Positions 45,747-56,362 are shown, counted from the first letter of the stretch. The stretch is 64,000 nucleotides of DNA from Candidatus Omnitrophota bacterium (GCA_025453395.1 JALOQK010000004.1:51563-115562), one strand, 5' to 3'. Notes: a model not told the origin generated them from the letters alone. Program-made: numbers and translations.

Positions 45747-48662
45747 TTTTCCACAGCACTTCTTATATTTCTTCCCCGAGCCGCAAGGACAAGGTTGGTT
45801 TCTGCCGACTTTTTCCGAAGTTGCCTGTTGCTGCGCAACCGGGGCATTTATATTACTACCTGTATCTCCGGGCGCCTGGCCTTGCTCTGGAAACCCTTCG
45901 GCATCAGGATGCAACATGCGCTGTGAACGCGCTGAGAAAACCTGTTTGAATTTTTCCTGCTGGCTCTGGGGCTGGAGTTTAAAAATAATCTCTGCCGCCT
46001 CTTCTTCAATGGTGGCAATCATTTCCGCAAACATCTCAAAGGCCTCGCGCTTATATTCAATCAAGGGGTCGCGCTGGCCATAGGCGCGAAGCCCAATCCC
46101 CTCTCTTAAACTATCCATGGCGTAAAGGTGCTCTTTCCATTTGGTATCAATAATCTGCAAGAAGACCATGCGCTCTAAATGCCTAAGCATCTTTTCGCCG
46201 ATAGCCTGCTCTTTATTATTGTAATACTCTTGGGCCTTCTCCAGTAAATAGACAGCGGCGTCTTTGGCAGATTTCTCAAAGTCTTTCTTTTCAATTTCTA
46301 TGCCCAATTTAAGCCGCATCTCATCAAATACCACCTGAAAATCACGCGCTTCCGGGTCATTCTCCGAGGCTACATAGGCATTTACCTTTTCTTCAATTAT
46401 TTTACCGGCGACATCAAGAATGCTATCTTTAAGCGAAAGCCCCTCTAAAACATCTCTTCTTTGGGCATAAATAACCTCACGCTGCTTATTCATCACATTG
46501 TCATAATCCAATAATTGCTTGCGAATTTCAAAATTATGCTGCTCCACGCGCTTTTGCGCCACCTCAATGGATCTAGTTACCCAAGGATGCTCAATAACCT
46601 GGCCCTCTTCCAAACCTAAAGCAGCCATCATGCCGCTAATCTTATCTGAACCGAACAAGCGCATCAGATTATCTTCAAGGGAAATATAAAAACGCGATGA
46701 CCCCGGGTCACCCTGCCTGGCGCAGCGGCCGCGCAGCTGATTATCAATACGCCTTGCCTCATGGCGTTCAGTAGCTAAAACATGTAAACCGTCTAAAGCA
46801 ACCACCTGCTCATGCTCTTTAAGGCAGGACTGCTTGAAATCCTGCAGGGCCTTCTTAACCTGGTCATTATAATCCGGGGCCTCTTGATCTAACTTATGCT
46901 GAATAAAACTTTTAGCTAGGAAATCCGGATTGCCCCCTAAAAGTATATCTGTGCCGCGGCCAGCCATATTTGTGGCAATGGTCACGGCTTTATAATGGCC
47001 TGCCTGCGCCACAATTTGCGCTTCTCTTTCATGATGTTTAGCATTTAAAACTTCATGTTCTATCCCGCGCATCTTTAACATCTCTGAAAGCTTTTCGGAT
47101 TTATCAATGGATACTGTCCCCACTAATACGGGCCTGCCTTTTTCATGCAATTCACAGATTTCATCTACCACTGCTTTAAATTTCTCTTTTTCCGTGCGGT
47201 AAATACAATCCGGATAATTATGACGGATCAAGGGCCGGTTGGTAGGAACATTGACCACGTCCAGCCGGTATATATCCTTGAATTCATTGGCCTCGGTAGA
47301 AGCTGTGCCGGTCATGCCGGAAAGCTTCTCATACATACGGAAGTAATTCTGAAAAGTCACTGTAGCTAAAGTTTGGTTTTCCCGCTCAATCTTAATGCCT
47401 TCTTTTGCCTCTACCGCCTGGTGCAGGCCATCGGACCAGCGCCTTCCGGGCATCATTCTTCCGGTAAACTCATCCACAATGATAACTTCGCCGTCCTTAA
47501 CCACATAATCCACGTCGCGCTGGAAGAATTCTTTAGCGCGCAAGGCCTGAATAGTATGGTGCCTGAATTCCATAGTATCAATATTATGCAGGCTTTCTAC
47601 CCCCCAAAGTTTTGCCGCGCGGGATTCTCCGTCTTCAGTCAAAGATATCGTCCTTGCTTTCTCGTCGGCGAGATATTCATACCCTTTGGTTAAATCAATC
47701 CCTTTGTGCTTGGCATTAATCTCATCTTTCTCAAGCACTCTTCTGCCCTTTAAAGAATCAGCGATATGCCGGGCAGTATAATATTTATCGGTTGCCTCTT
47801 CAGCCGGGCCGGAAATAATTAGCGGGGTGCGCGCTTCATCAATCAAGATTGAATCCACTTCATCCACAATCGCAAAATAAAAACCTCTCTGCACAAGATC
47901 TTCAAGGTTGTATTTCATATTATCGCGCAGATAATCAAAACCAAACTCGTTGTTGGTGCCATAGGTAATATCGCAATTATAAGCGGCCTGTCTTTCCTGG
48001 TCATCCATTTCATGCTGAATAACCCCCACGGTTAAACCTAAGAATTCAAACACCGGCCCCATCCATTCCCGGTCGCGTCTGGCTAAATAATCATTGACCG
48101 TAACAATATGCACGCCCTTGCCTAAAAGCGCGTTTAAATAAGCTGCCAATGTTGCTACAAGGGTCTTCCCTTCTCCGGTGGACATTTCAGAGATTTTCCC
48201 CTCGTGCAAAATAACCCCGCCGGCTATCTGCACATCAAAATGCCTCAAACCGATGGCGCGCTTAGAGGCTTCTCTTACTACGGCAAAACTTTCTGCCAAG
48301 ATATCTTCAAAGATTTTATTGCGGGTGGATTTTATTTTCTCTTTGATGCGGTCCTTCTCCTCGGGTATAGCTACTTCAAAAAGCTCTGCCTCTAACTGTT
48401 CTATCTGAGAGGCGCATTCCCTGGCCTTATCGGAAATGTGTTGCCTGAAATAATCTGTTTTCTCTTTTAACTGCGCATCGCTTAAACCAGAAATTGTTTC
48501 TTCAAAGGAATTTACTTTATAGACTATCCCCGCCAAATCCGCCATTTTGCTCATTGATGGAGATGGCATATCCGGATGCAAAACAATATTGACTCCGGGA
48601 AAATTCTTTACAATGCCGCCCTGCTTGCTTTTTAACACCTGCTGTTTAATCCATCCGAACAT
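45744..48662 (-). CDS. secA: Preprotein translocase ATPase
   Basis: EM.TGEGKT, DEVDSILIDEARTPLIISG, ATNMAGRGTDI, SEC-C motif GRNQPCPCGSGKKYKKCC. Confidence 0.97.
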   Translation of the reverse strand: MFGWIKQQVLKSKQGGIVKNFPGVNIVLHPDMPSPSMSKMADLAGIVYKVNSFEETISGLSDAQLKEKTDYFRQHISDKARECASQIEQLEAELFEVAIPEEKDRIKEKIKSTRNKIFEDILAESFAVVREASKRAIGLRHFDVQIAGGVILHEGKISEMSTGEGKTLVATLAAYLNALLGKGVHIVTVNDYLARRDREWMGPVFEFLGLTVGVIQHEMDDQERQAAYNCDITYGTNNEFGFDYLRDNMKYNLEDLVQRGFYFAIVDEVDSILIDEARTPLIISGPAEEATDKYYTARHIADSLKGRRVLEKDEINAKHKGIDLTKGYEYLADEKARTISLTEDGESRAAKLWGVESLHNIDTMEFRHHTIQALRAKEFFQRDVDYVVKDGEVIIVDEFTGRMMPGRRWSDGLHQAVEAKEGIKIERENQTLATVTFQNYFRMYEKLSGMTGTASTEANEFKDIYRLDVVNVPTNRPLIRHNYPDCIYRTEKEKFKAVVDEICELHEKGRPVLVGTVSIDKSEKLSEMLKMRGIEHEVLNAKHHEREAQIVAQAGHYKAVTIATNMAGRGTDILLGGNPDFLAKSFIQHKLDQEAPDYNDQVKKALQDFKQSCLKEHEQVVALDGLHVLATERHEARRIDNQLRGRCARQGDPGSSRFYISLEDNLMRLFGSDKISGMMAALGLEEGQVIEHPWVTRSIEVAQKRVEQHNFEIRKQLLDYDNVMNKQREVIYAQRRDVLEGLSLKDSILDVAGKIIEEKVNAYVASENDPEARDFQVVFDEMRLKLGIEIEKKDFEKSAKDAAVYLLEKAQEYYNNKEQAIGEKMLRHLERMVFLQIIDTKWKEHLYAMDSLREGIGLRAYGQRDPLIEYKREAFEMFAEMIATIEEEAAEIIFKLQPQSQQEKFKQVFSARSQRMLHPDAEGFPEQGQAPGDTGSNINAPVAQQQATSEKVGRNQPCPCGSGKKYKKCCGK

Positions 48663-48663
48663 T

Positions 48664-49768
48664 TTAATTTGCTCCTTGCGCCTGTAATTTTAAGAAGGCT
48701 TCAATAAAACCCCAGATTTTACCATCTAAAACTGCCGCGGTATCCGCTGTCTCATAATCACTTCTGTGGTCCTTAACCATGTTATAAGGATGCAGCACAT
48801 AAGAGCGGATTTGGCTGCCCCATTCAATCTTTTTCTTAGGCGTTCCACAGGTTTTTGTTAAAGCAGCCTCCTGCTCCTGCTGCTTTTGCTGATAAATGCG
48901 CGCTTTTAATATGTTTAAAGCCACCTGCTTATTTTGATGCTGCGAACGCTCATTCTGGCATTGCGCGGCTAAGCCGGTAGGGATATGGGTAATCCTGACC
49001 GCGGAATCCGTAGTATTGACGCTTTGCCCTCCGGCGCCTGATGAACGAAAAACATCAATGCGTAAATCTTTTTCTTCAATTTTGAAATCCACTTCTTCCA
49101 CTTCAGGGATAGCATCCACTGAAGCAAAAGAAGTATGCCTTCTTTTATTAGCGTCAAAAGGCGAAATACGCACCAGCCTATGCACCCCGCGTTCTGCCTT
49201 TAAATATCCGTAGGCATAAGGGCCTTCGACAAGAACAGTAACATTCTTTATCCCTGCCTCTTCTCCAAGCAAAATATCCAAAACCTTGAAAGTAAATTCT
49301 TTGCTTTGCGCGAAACGGCTGTACATCCTGAAAAGCATCTCTACCCAATCGCAGGATTCTGTGCCGCCGGCTCCGGAATTAATACTTAAGATGCAGTTAT
49401 TTTTATCAAATTCACCAGATAAAAGAGTGTGAAACTCCAAGCGGTTGGTTTCTTCAATAATAGAATCAAGGGTCGCCTCTATCTGGCGGATAAAACTTTG
49501 CTCCTCGCCTTCGGACAGCTCAAGAAGCTCTTTTGTCTCTGTTGCCCGGAAATACAACTCGTCCCAAGGCTGGACAATGTTCTTTAAAACTTTGATTTGC
49601 TTAACAACCTTTGTGGAATTATCCTGATTATCCCAAAATCCTTCCTGGGACATCTGCGCGTTAAGCTGTCTGATCTTCTCTTTATTCTTATCTACATCAA
49701 AGATAACCTCGTAGTTGCTGGAGGCGGGCTTGAATGGCTGAAAGCTGATCTTTTATTTCTTCAAACAT
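48664..49768 (-). CDS. prfB: Peptide chain release factor 2 with programmed +1 frameshift at codon 23/24
   Basis: ATG 49768, 23 codons ending GAGGT-TAT-CTT-TGA-T; the +1 frame joins ORF 48664-49653 carrying SPF and GGQ. Confidence 0.95.
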
Positions 49769-49784
49769 AACTTTTCTCCTCTTA

Positions 49785-50858
49785 CTATCTTTTCTTGATC
49801 CCTCTTAAAGAAAGCGAAAATTCCTCTTTATTGTCGGAAAACCGCATAGCTTCCTCTTCGCTTACCTTGCCTTGAGTAACTAATTTCACCAGGCATTGGT
49901 TAAAAGAACACATATTATAAATCTGCCCCTCTTCAATAAAACGGGTTATCTCATCATCCTTGGCTTCGCGGATAAGCCGGCTTATCGTGGGGGTAAGAAG
50001 CATAGTCTCATACGCCGGGATGCGGCCTGCCTGGTCTTTAAACGGCATAAGGCGCAAAGAAATAATCCCTTTCAGAAGGCTTGAAAGCTGGATACGGATC
50101 TGTTGATGCTGATGCGGCGGAAAGAAATTCACTATTCTTTCCACGCTTTGCGGGGCATTAACCGTATGAAGCGTGCTTAAGACTAACACCCCTGTTTCAG
50201 CCGCGGTCAAAGCAGCGGACATAGTTTCGCGGTCGCGGATGTTAGCGATATAGATCACATCCGGGCTCTGCAATGTAAAGGCCCTTAAAGCAGTTTCATA
50301 TGAAGATACATCCAGCCCCAGCTCCCTCTGATTAACTATGGATTTCTTATCAGAAAAGGTAAATTCTATGGGCTCTTCAATGGTTAGAATATGCCGGCTT
50401 GAGTTCTGGTTGATATACTCTATCATACTGGCGATAGTAGTGGACTTGCCGCTTCCCATAGTTCCGGTTAGAAGCACCAGGCCCCTTTTCTCCATGGCGA
50501 GGTTTTCCAGCACCTTCGAAGGCAGATTTAACTCTTCGAAACTATTTATGTGGTTGCGCACATTCCTGACTACTATTGAAGGAGAATTGCGCTGACAAAA
50601 TATGCTGACCCTGAAACGCCTGTCCATTTCCGCCAGATAAAACGCGAAGTCCACATCCATATTATTGCGAAAGGTATCCCTTTGGCCGGCGGTGGTAATC
50701 TCCTCTATGGCCTTGTGCATCTGCTCAATAGTCACAATAGAGTTGTCTACGCTGATAACTACGCCATCTATGCGGATATGCGGCAGGCCGCCGACCCTGA
50801 AGAACAAATCCGAAGCATCGCGGTTGACCATTTCTTTAAGTAAATCTCTTATCATCAT
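49785..50858 (-). CDS. PilT/PilU type IV pilus retraction ATPase
   Basis: ASDL, GTMGSGKSTT, TIEEPIEF, QRELG.D, AETG.LVLSTLHT. Confidence 0.9.
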   Translation of the reverse strand: MMIRDLLKEMVNRDASDLFFRVGGLPHIRIDGVVISVDNSIVTIEQMHKAIEEITTAGQRDTFRNNMDVDFAFYLAEMDRRFRVSIFCQRNSPSIVVRNVRNHINSFEELNLPSKVLENLAMEKRGLVLLTGTMGSGKSTTIASMIEYINQNSSRHILTIEEPIEFTFSDKKSIVNQRELGLDVSSYETALRAFTLQSPDVIYIANIRDRETMSAALTAAETGVLVLSTLHTVNAPQSVERIVNFFPPHQHQQIRIQLSSLLKGIISLRLMPFKDQAGRIPAYETMLLTPTISRLIREAKDDEITRFIEEGQIYNMCSFNQCLVKLVTQGKVSEEEAMRFSDNKEEFSLSLRGIKKR

Positions 50859-50880
50859 TTTCTTAACCTCCGAAAAGTTA

Positions 50881-51150
50881 TTATACCATCTGCTTAAGGA
50901 TTTGTCTTTCTAAATCTATCAAAAGCCTTTTCTTATTTGCGCCCTGCGAATATCCCCCCAGTTTTCCAGAAGAAGCTATAACCCTGTGGCAGGGGATAAT
51001 AATAAGATAAGGATTTCTCTTTAATGCCTGCCCCACTGCGCGGCTTGATAAGGGCAAACCGATCTTACGCGCTACCCATTTATAAGTGCGCACCTGCCCA
51101 AATGGAATGCCTAAGACCGCCTTATAAACTTTAATCTGAAAATCCGTCAT
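50881..51150 (-). CDS. Single-domain O6-methylguanine methyltransferase (MGMT family)
   Basis: IPFGQVRTY, RAVG, NP..IIPCHRV. Confidence 0.9.
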   Translation of the reverse strand: MTDFQIKVYKAVLGIPFGQVRTYKWVARKIGLPLSSRAVGQALKRNPYLIIIPCHRVIASSGKLGGYSQGANKKRLLIDLERQILKQMV

Positions 51151-52388
51151 TTATTATGCAAATTTTTCTTTCTTAAAAGCCTATGATAAGTAATAGCGAA
51201 TCGATGCGCCTGATCACGGATATGCCGGATAAGATTTAACGCTTTTGAGCCTTCTTTAAAGCGCACTGGAAAAGCGCGATTGACAATATATAAATTTTCT
51301 CTTTTTTTAGCGATACTGCATAAAGCAATAGAAAGCCCTAACTTTCTTATTTCCCTCAAGGCTGTCTCTAAATGCCCTTTGCCTCCATCAATAAGCACTA
51401 AATCCGGCAAGGCAAGATTGTTTGAAACAAGATAAGAATACCTCCTTCGCACTACTTCCGCCATCATCCCGTAATCATTAACCCCGGAAACAGTCTTGAT
51501 GCGAAACCTGCGGTAATTATTTTTGTCTGGATGGCCGTTATAAAAACTGACCATTGAAGCGCAGGCCTGCTGCCCGGCAATATTAGAGATATCAAAGGCT
51601 TCAATTCTTAAAGGCACTTTTTCTAAATTAAGCGCCTTGCGCAATTGCTCCAAGGCGTCATCATTGCTAAAAGGACTTGCCTGGCGCATCACCGAAAGGG
51701 CCTGGATTTGATCCCTTAATCCAGCTGCCTCTTCAAATTCCCGCTTCACGGACTTTTTGTGCATCTTCAAGGAAAGCTCTTGGATTAATTCTTCAAACTT
51801 TCCCTCTAAGAAAAGGATGATTTCTTTGATAATCTTTTTATACTCATCCCGGTCCATTGCTCCAACGCAAACAGCCGGGCACATCTTTAAGCGCGCATAC
51901 AAACAAGGGGCCTTGGGCATCTTGCGGCAGGAGCGGAAACCAAAAAGCCTGCGCACTAATTTCAGTGTCACACGCAAACTTTGCGCATCAGTAAAAGGGC
52001 CAAAATACAGGGAATTATCGTTTTTCTTAATCTGGCGCCTGCGGCAAATGGACACTATCGGGAAATCTTCAGAGGTTATTTTTATAAAAGGAAAGGATTT
52101 ATCGTCTTTTAGATCAGTATTGTAGCGCGGCTGTTTATCGCGGATAAGCTTTGCCTCCAGGATATTAGCCTTAGATTCGGTAGGGGCACTTATATAATCC
52201 AAATCCTCTACCCTGGAAACAAGCGCCTGTATCTTTGAAGAAAGCTGCTTGCTAAAATAAGAATAGACCCTTTTCTTTAAAGACTTGGCCTTGCCGATGT
52301 AAATAATCTTTTTATCTTTATCCTTAAATATATATACCCCGGGGGCATCAGGCAGGGAAATAACTTTCTTTTTAAGCGCTTCATCCAT
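51147..52388 (-). CDS. uvrC: Excinuclease UvrC, compact form
   Basis: PGVY..IIYIGKAKSL, Cys cluster, FEEAA.LRD, RIEAFDISN, LIDGGKG, RDQAHRFA; no HhH tail. Confidence 0.88.
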   Translation of the reverse strand: MDEALKKKVISLPDAPGVYIFKDKDKKIIYIGKAKSLKKRVYSYFSKQLSSKIQALVSRVEDLDYISAPTESKANILEAKLIRDKQPRYNTDLKDDKSFPFIKITSEDFPIVSICRRRQIKKNDNSLYFGPFTDAQSLRVTLKLVRRLFGFRSCRKMPKAPCLYARLKMCPAVCVGAMDRDEYKKIIKEIILFLEGKFEELIQELSLKMHKKSVKREFEEAAGLRDQIQALSVMRQASPFSNDDALEQLRKALNLEKVPLRIEAFDISNIAGQQACASMVSFYNGHPDKNNYRRFRIKTVSGVNDYGMMAEVVRRRYSYLVSNNLALPDLVLIDGGKGHLETALREIRKLGLSIALCSIAKKRENLYIVNRAFPVRFKEGSKALNLIRHIRDQAHRFAITYHRLLRKKNLHNK

Positions 52389-52391
52389 GTT

Positions 52392-53945
52392 TTATTTTTT
52401 TAAAGTTAACAAACAGAAAAACTGCTTCATTTCACGCAAGCCCAAGATAAAACAGAATAAAACGTAAGAACAAAAGGAAAGAAGCGTCACTAACAATAAA
52501 TAAGATGCCTTCTGCCAGAAAAATGCCGTTTCCGGAGAGAATTTCTTTAGCCAAAAACAAACCGTGCCCATGCAAACGCTGGCGATGGACACGCGCCATA
52601 AACTGCTTAAAGTTTCTTTTAAGGCATGGATGCCGATATGCTTCTCTAAGGCGAAAGACAACACTATCGCGCAGATAAATCCCGCTATGGAGCTTGACAA
52701 GGCAATCCCGGAGGCCTTAAGATGAGGAGTCAGAATAAGATTAAAAATAACGCTTAACCCCAGAGACAATGCCGATACCTTCATGGGGATAACCGTATTT
52801 TTCAAAGCAAAGAAACACGACTGAAGTATTTTAACCACAGCGTAGAAAGTTATGCCTAAGCTATAGCAGGCAAATACCCGCGAGGTGATAGAAGCCGAAT
52901 AGGAGTCAAATTTGCCTCCTAAGAAAATACTGGTGATGATCGTATCCGAGAAAATAATGAAAAATACTGACACCGGAAGCATCACCATGAATACCGCGCG
53001 CAAAGAAAAAAGAAGGGTTTGCTTAAGGCAAGTTTTATCTTCGCTGCAAGCCTGAACCGACAGATTCGGCAAAACCGCCTGTGATAGAGAATTGCTGAAA
53101 ACTCCTATTGGGAATTGTATAAGCCGATAGGCAAAATACAAAGCCGCTACCGCGCCTTCCCCGGCTAAAAATGCCAGAGACCCAAAAATAGAATCCACAA
53201 AATTACTCAACTGATAAATAGAAGAACTTAAGATCCGCGGCATCATAAGCTTACCGATCGCAATGGCCGCGGGATGCTTAAAGTTTTTAAAAAGACGCAA
53301 GCGAAAACCTTTGCGCAAAAGTACCGGTATCTGTATAGCAAGCTGTAAGAACCCTCCTGCCAAAACGCCTCCTGCCAGGCCTAAAGACCCCTCCCCAAAG
53401 ACTAAAGCAAAAACAATAATCGAGATATTTAGAAGGCAGGGCGCGAATGCCGGAACGCTAAAATGCCCCAGGCAATTTAAAATCGCCATAGAATATGCCG
53501 CTAAGCTTACTAAAATTATATAAGGGAAAATAATCTGGTTAAGTTTTATGGTGAGGGCTAATTTCTCTGGAGAAGCGGCAAATCCGGGAGCGATAAGCCG
53601 GACAATTACCGGAGACAAAACTATGCCGGCTATCGCAATAGCGGCAAGTATCACCAATAGAAGATTTAAAACTATGTTGGCTAATTCCCAGAATTCTTCT
53701 TTGGTATGGTCAAGTTTATACTGGCTAAATACCGGGACAATCGCGGAATTAGCTGCGCCCTCGCCTACCAAGTCCCGGAAAAGATTAGGAATACGAAATG
53801 CCACCACAAACGCCTGGGCAAAGGAATAGACCCCGAAAAGCCTGGCCAAAACCACATCCCGTAAAAAACCCAACAGCCGGGATAAAAAAGTAGCCACCCC
53901 CATGACCAAGGTTGACTTAATAATCGCGTTATGCTGGCTTCTCAT
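52392..53945 (-). CDS. murJ: Lipid II flippase
   Basis: SRLLGFLRD, AFRIPNLFR.L.GEGA, YR..QFP.G. Confidence 0.94.
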   Translation of the reverse strand: MRSQHNAIIKSTLVMGVATFLSRLLGFLRDVVLARLFGVYSFAQAFVVAFRIPNLFRDLVGEGAANSAIVPVFSQYKLDHTKEEFWELANIVLNLLLVILAAIAIAGIVLSPVIVRLIAPGFAASPEKLALTIKLNQIIFPYIILVSLAAYSMAILNCLGHFSVPAFAPCLLNISIIVFALVFGEGSLGLAGGVLAGGFLQLAIQIPVLLRKGFRLRLFKNFKHPAAIAIGKLMMPRILSSSIYQLSNFVDSIFGSLAFLAGEGAVAALYFAYRLIQFPIGVFSNSLSQAVLPNLSVQACSEDKTCLKQTLLFSLRAVFMVMLPVSVFFIIFSDTIITSIFLGGKFDSYSASITSRVFACYSLGITFYAVVKILQSCFFALKNTVIPMKVSALSLGLSVIFNLILTPHLKASGIALSSSIAGFICAIVLSFALEKHIGIHALKETLSSLWRVSIASVCMGTVCFWLKKFSPETAFFWQKASYLLLVTLLSFCSYVLFCFILGLREMKQFFCLLTLKK

Positions 53946-53950
53946 TTATT

Positions 53951-53979
53951 TTGACATTTAAGGCAAATTATGCTATATT
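53951..53979 (+). promoter_or_regulatory. sigma70 promoter of rpsT
   Basis: TTGACA (53951-53956), 17 nt ending in TGC, TATATT (53974-53979). Confidence 0.7.
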
Positions 53980-54021
53980 TAGCTTCCGATAAGAAGCTTT
54001 AAACATAAGGAGAATTGAAAG

Positions 54022-54276
54022 ATGCCAAGACGTAAAAGTTCAGTCAAAAGGACCCGCGCAGACAAGAAAAAATACCTGCGTAACCTGCGCATTACCCGTA
54101 AACTAAAAACCGTGTTGAAGGATTTCCAGAAACTGGTGGCTGCTAAGAAAAATGACGAAGCCAAGAAGTTTCTTATGGATGTTTTTTCCCAGCTTGATAA
54201 AGCTGCCAAAAAGAATATTATCCATCCCAACCGGGTCAACCGCACTAAATCCCGCTTAAGCAGAAAATTAAGCTAA
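54022..54276 (+). CDS. rpsT: 30S ribosomal protein S20
   Basis: KSS.KR.R, LDKAAKKNIIHPN...R.KSRL; AAGGAG SD. Confidence 0.95.
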   Translation: MPRRKSSVKRTRADKKKYLRNLRITRKLKTVLKDFQKLVAAKKNDEAKKFLMDVFSQLDKAAKKNIIHPNRVNRTKSRLSRKLS

Positions 54277-54894
54277 TTTTGCCAACATCTTCTCAAGGGC
54301 GAAATGGGGTTTTAACTTTCCGGTTTTAATTTCAATATCACATTCCAGAAGAAGCTTAATTCTGTGTTTGTCAGCCTCCCAGGCATGCCTTAAGCCTCCC
54401 ATGATGCGTTCGGGTTTCTCGCCTTCCTGAAGAAGGCTTTTCAGTATGGCCAGGGCCTCTTTCTTGCGCCCCGTTTCAATCTGGCGGGCCAGGTCAAAGG
54501 CGGTCTTCGGATAAACAACAGAAAAATTAACTACCTTAGAATATGATTTCAATTTATTTATGAACTCATCGCGCTTGTCTTGATAGGATGATTCCAAAAT
54601 AAGCACCAGATAGCCGGCAGGTTTTTTGGCGTAATCAAGCAGAAAATCTTTTAGTTTAGGCTTAAACGCGTCTATGCCTTTAATAATAATCAGCCTCTTG
54701 CCGCTTCCAAAAGGAAGCTGCAGGAATTTTTCCTGCAGTTGGCTTAAATTAAGGTCGCGCGCGTAACAAAGCTCAAGATTAAACTGCGCGGCATTTTTTG
54801 GAATGGTCTTTTCTTTGATTTGATCAATAGAGGCGTCTTTTTCTTGGGAGCTTTCCCCCAAAAAAAGATAGATGGATGCAGCATTGCTTACCAT
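54268..54894 (-). CDS. holA: DNA polymerase III delta subunit (short)
   Basis: YLFLGE, LPFGSGKRLIIIK, D.EIKTG; bamD-lptE-holA/rpsT synteny. Confidence 0.75.
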   Translation of the reverse strand: MVSNAASIYLFLGESSQEKDASIDQIKEKTIPKNAAQFNLELCYARDLNLSQLQEKFLQLPFGSGKRLIIIKGIDAFKPKLKDFLLDYAKKPAGYLVLILESSYQDKRDEFINKLKSYSKVVNFSVVYPKTAFDLARQIETGRKKEALAILKSLLQEGEKPERIMGGLRHAWEADKHRIKLLLECDIEIKTGKLKPHFALEKMLAKLA

Positions 54895-55424
54895 TGCTCA
54901 ACGGTTCTCTCAACTATGCGGCGGGCCAGGTCATTTACCGCTTCATTTATGGCAACAGATTCTGATTTAGCTGCCGGGCCAGAGGTAAAATAGGTGTAGT
55001 CTCCGGTAAAGCCTTTTTCTTCCCACAATACCTCATCCTTATGCCGGTCATAAAGCTTCAAATCAACCACAACATTTAACCTGTACTCATAGACATCGTC
55101 ACTATCAGTATACCTTAAAGGGTCGCGGCGGAAATCCACTAAAGAGCCCCTCAAAACCAGATCCGAAGACTGCTCTTGGGTTGGCTTGAGATTTCCGTCT
55201 AACATATACCTGCTGCTGGTGGCCTTGGCAACATCTGTTTCAAGCCCGGGTTTATATAATTTATATTTGTTCCCGGATAAAGCGGCATCCGTAAAATCCA
55301 TTTTATTCTCAAACTGGGCTATATATATGGTTTTGTACTGCCCGGAAAGCAAAGAACGCGTAGTATAACCGCACCCGGCGGATAAAAGAACGGCAAGAAA
55401 TAAAGAAAATATTCTTATTTTCAT
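54888..55424 (-). CDS. lptE: LPS assembly lipoprotein LptE family
   Basis: Lipobox SAGCGY, IYI..FEN, LA.RIV....W; synteny. Confidence 0.8.
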   Translation of the reverse strand: MKIRIFSLFLAVLLSAGCGYTTRSLLSGQYKTIYIAQFENKMDFTDAALSGNKYKLYKPGLETDVAKATSSRYMLDGNLKPTQEQSSDLVLRGSLVDFRRDPLRYTDSDDVYEYRLNVVVDLKLYDRHKDEVLWEEKGFTGDYTYFTSGPAAKSESVAINEAVNDLARRIVERTVEQW

Positions 55425-56362
55425 TTTTTGGCCTCTAATTGTTTAAGCCTCTCTTCTGCCTTCTTCGCCCATTCTGTTTGGGAATAAGTATCCAAGATAT
55501 TCTGATAGTAAATCCTGGCAGACTGATAGGCTTTTTGCTTTTCGTAAAAAGAGGCGATCTGATAATTACTTTCTGCCTCCTTAAGCTTTATCTTTGCAAT
55601 ATTAGCTTCTGCTTCTTTGGATAAAACCGCGTCCGGGTGATCCCTGACAAATTCCTCAAATTTCTCTTTGGCCTCTCCGGCAGCGCCCTGATCATACTGC
55701 GGCCCCCTGGATACAGCGGCTCGGCACTGGGCGATCTGATACTGCGCCAATGGCGCCCATTCGCTATTGGGATAGCTGGAGATCACCTTATTAAAAGCCT
55801 CTTCGGCCTCAAAATAACGCAACAACTCTTTTAACACCAAACCTAATTTATACTCTGCCTTGGCAGCAAGCGGGCCGTAATTGGAATTCTCCACCACCTT
55901 AGCAAAGATTTCTATCGCCGGATTCTCAACCGGGATCGGCAGGCCGGCCAATTTACGTTTTTCACCAGATAGAAAGATCTCTCCTATATTATACTGGCGC
56001 TGAATAATTTCCTGGATCCGCTGGGAAAAAGGATATTTATCAATCACCTTTTGGTAGGCCAGAAATGCCTCATAGAGATTATTCTTGGCTTCCTGGATTA
56101 AGCCCAAATAATACTGGCTTTCGGCGGCTTCCGCGGCCTTGGGGTAATTCTTGATCAACTTCTTGAATTCCCGGTCCGCCTCATCATAATTCTTGATTTC
56201 ATATAATGCCAAAGCCGCGGCAAACTGATCTTTAGGGGTGTCCTTTACTGAACTTTTAGGATTAACCCATTTCTTAGTCTGGGGTGTCCAAATCCAGTAA
56301 GGATAAGCGCTATGCGCAAAAGTTAACAAAACAATTGTGAACAAAAGGGTTTTTGCTTGCAT
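55421..56362 (-). CDS. bamD: BamD/YfiO-family TPR outer-membrane assembly protein
   Basis: TPRs with YP.S, YDQ..A..A...F..F...P, FY......A.IYY; ATG at 56362. Confidence 0.75.
   Translation of the reverse strand: MQAKTLLFTIVLLTFAHSAYPYWIWTPQTKKWVNPKSSVKDTPKDQFAAALALYEIKNYDEADREFKKLIKNYPKAAEAAESQYYLGLIQEAKNNLYEAFLAYQKVIDKYPFSQRIQEIIQRQYNIGEIFLSGEKRKLAGLPIPVENPAIEIFAKVVENSNYGPLAAKAEYKLGLVLKELLRYFEAEEAFNKVISSYPNSEWAPLAQYQIAQCRAAVSRGPQYDQGAAGEAKEKFEEFVRDHPDAVLSKEAEANIAKIKLKEAESNYQIASFYEKQKAYQSARIYYQNILDTYSQTEWAKKAEERLKQLEAKK

Noticed and set aside
48664-49768. prfB pseudogene
   Set aside because: The break is the canonical programmed frameshift site.
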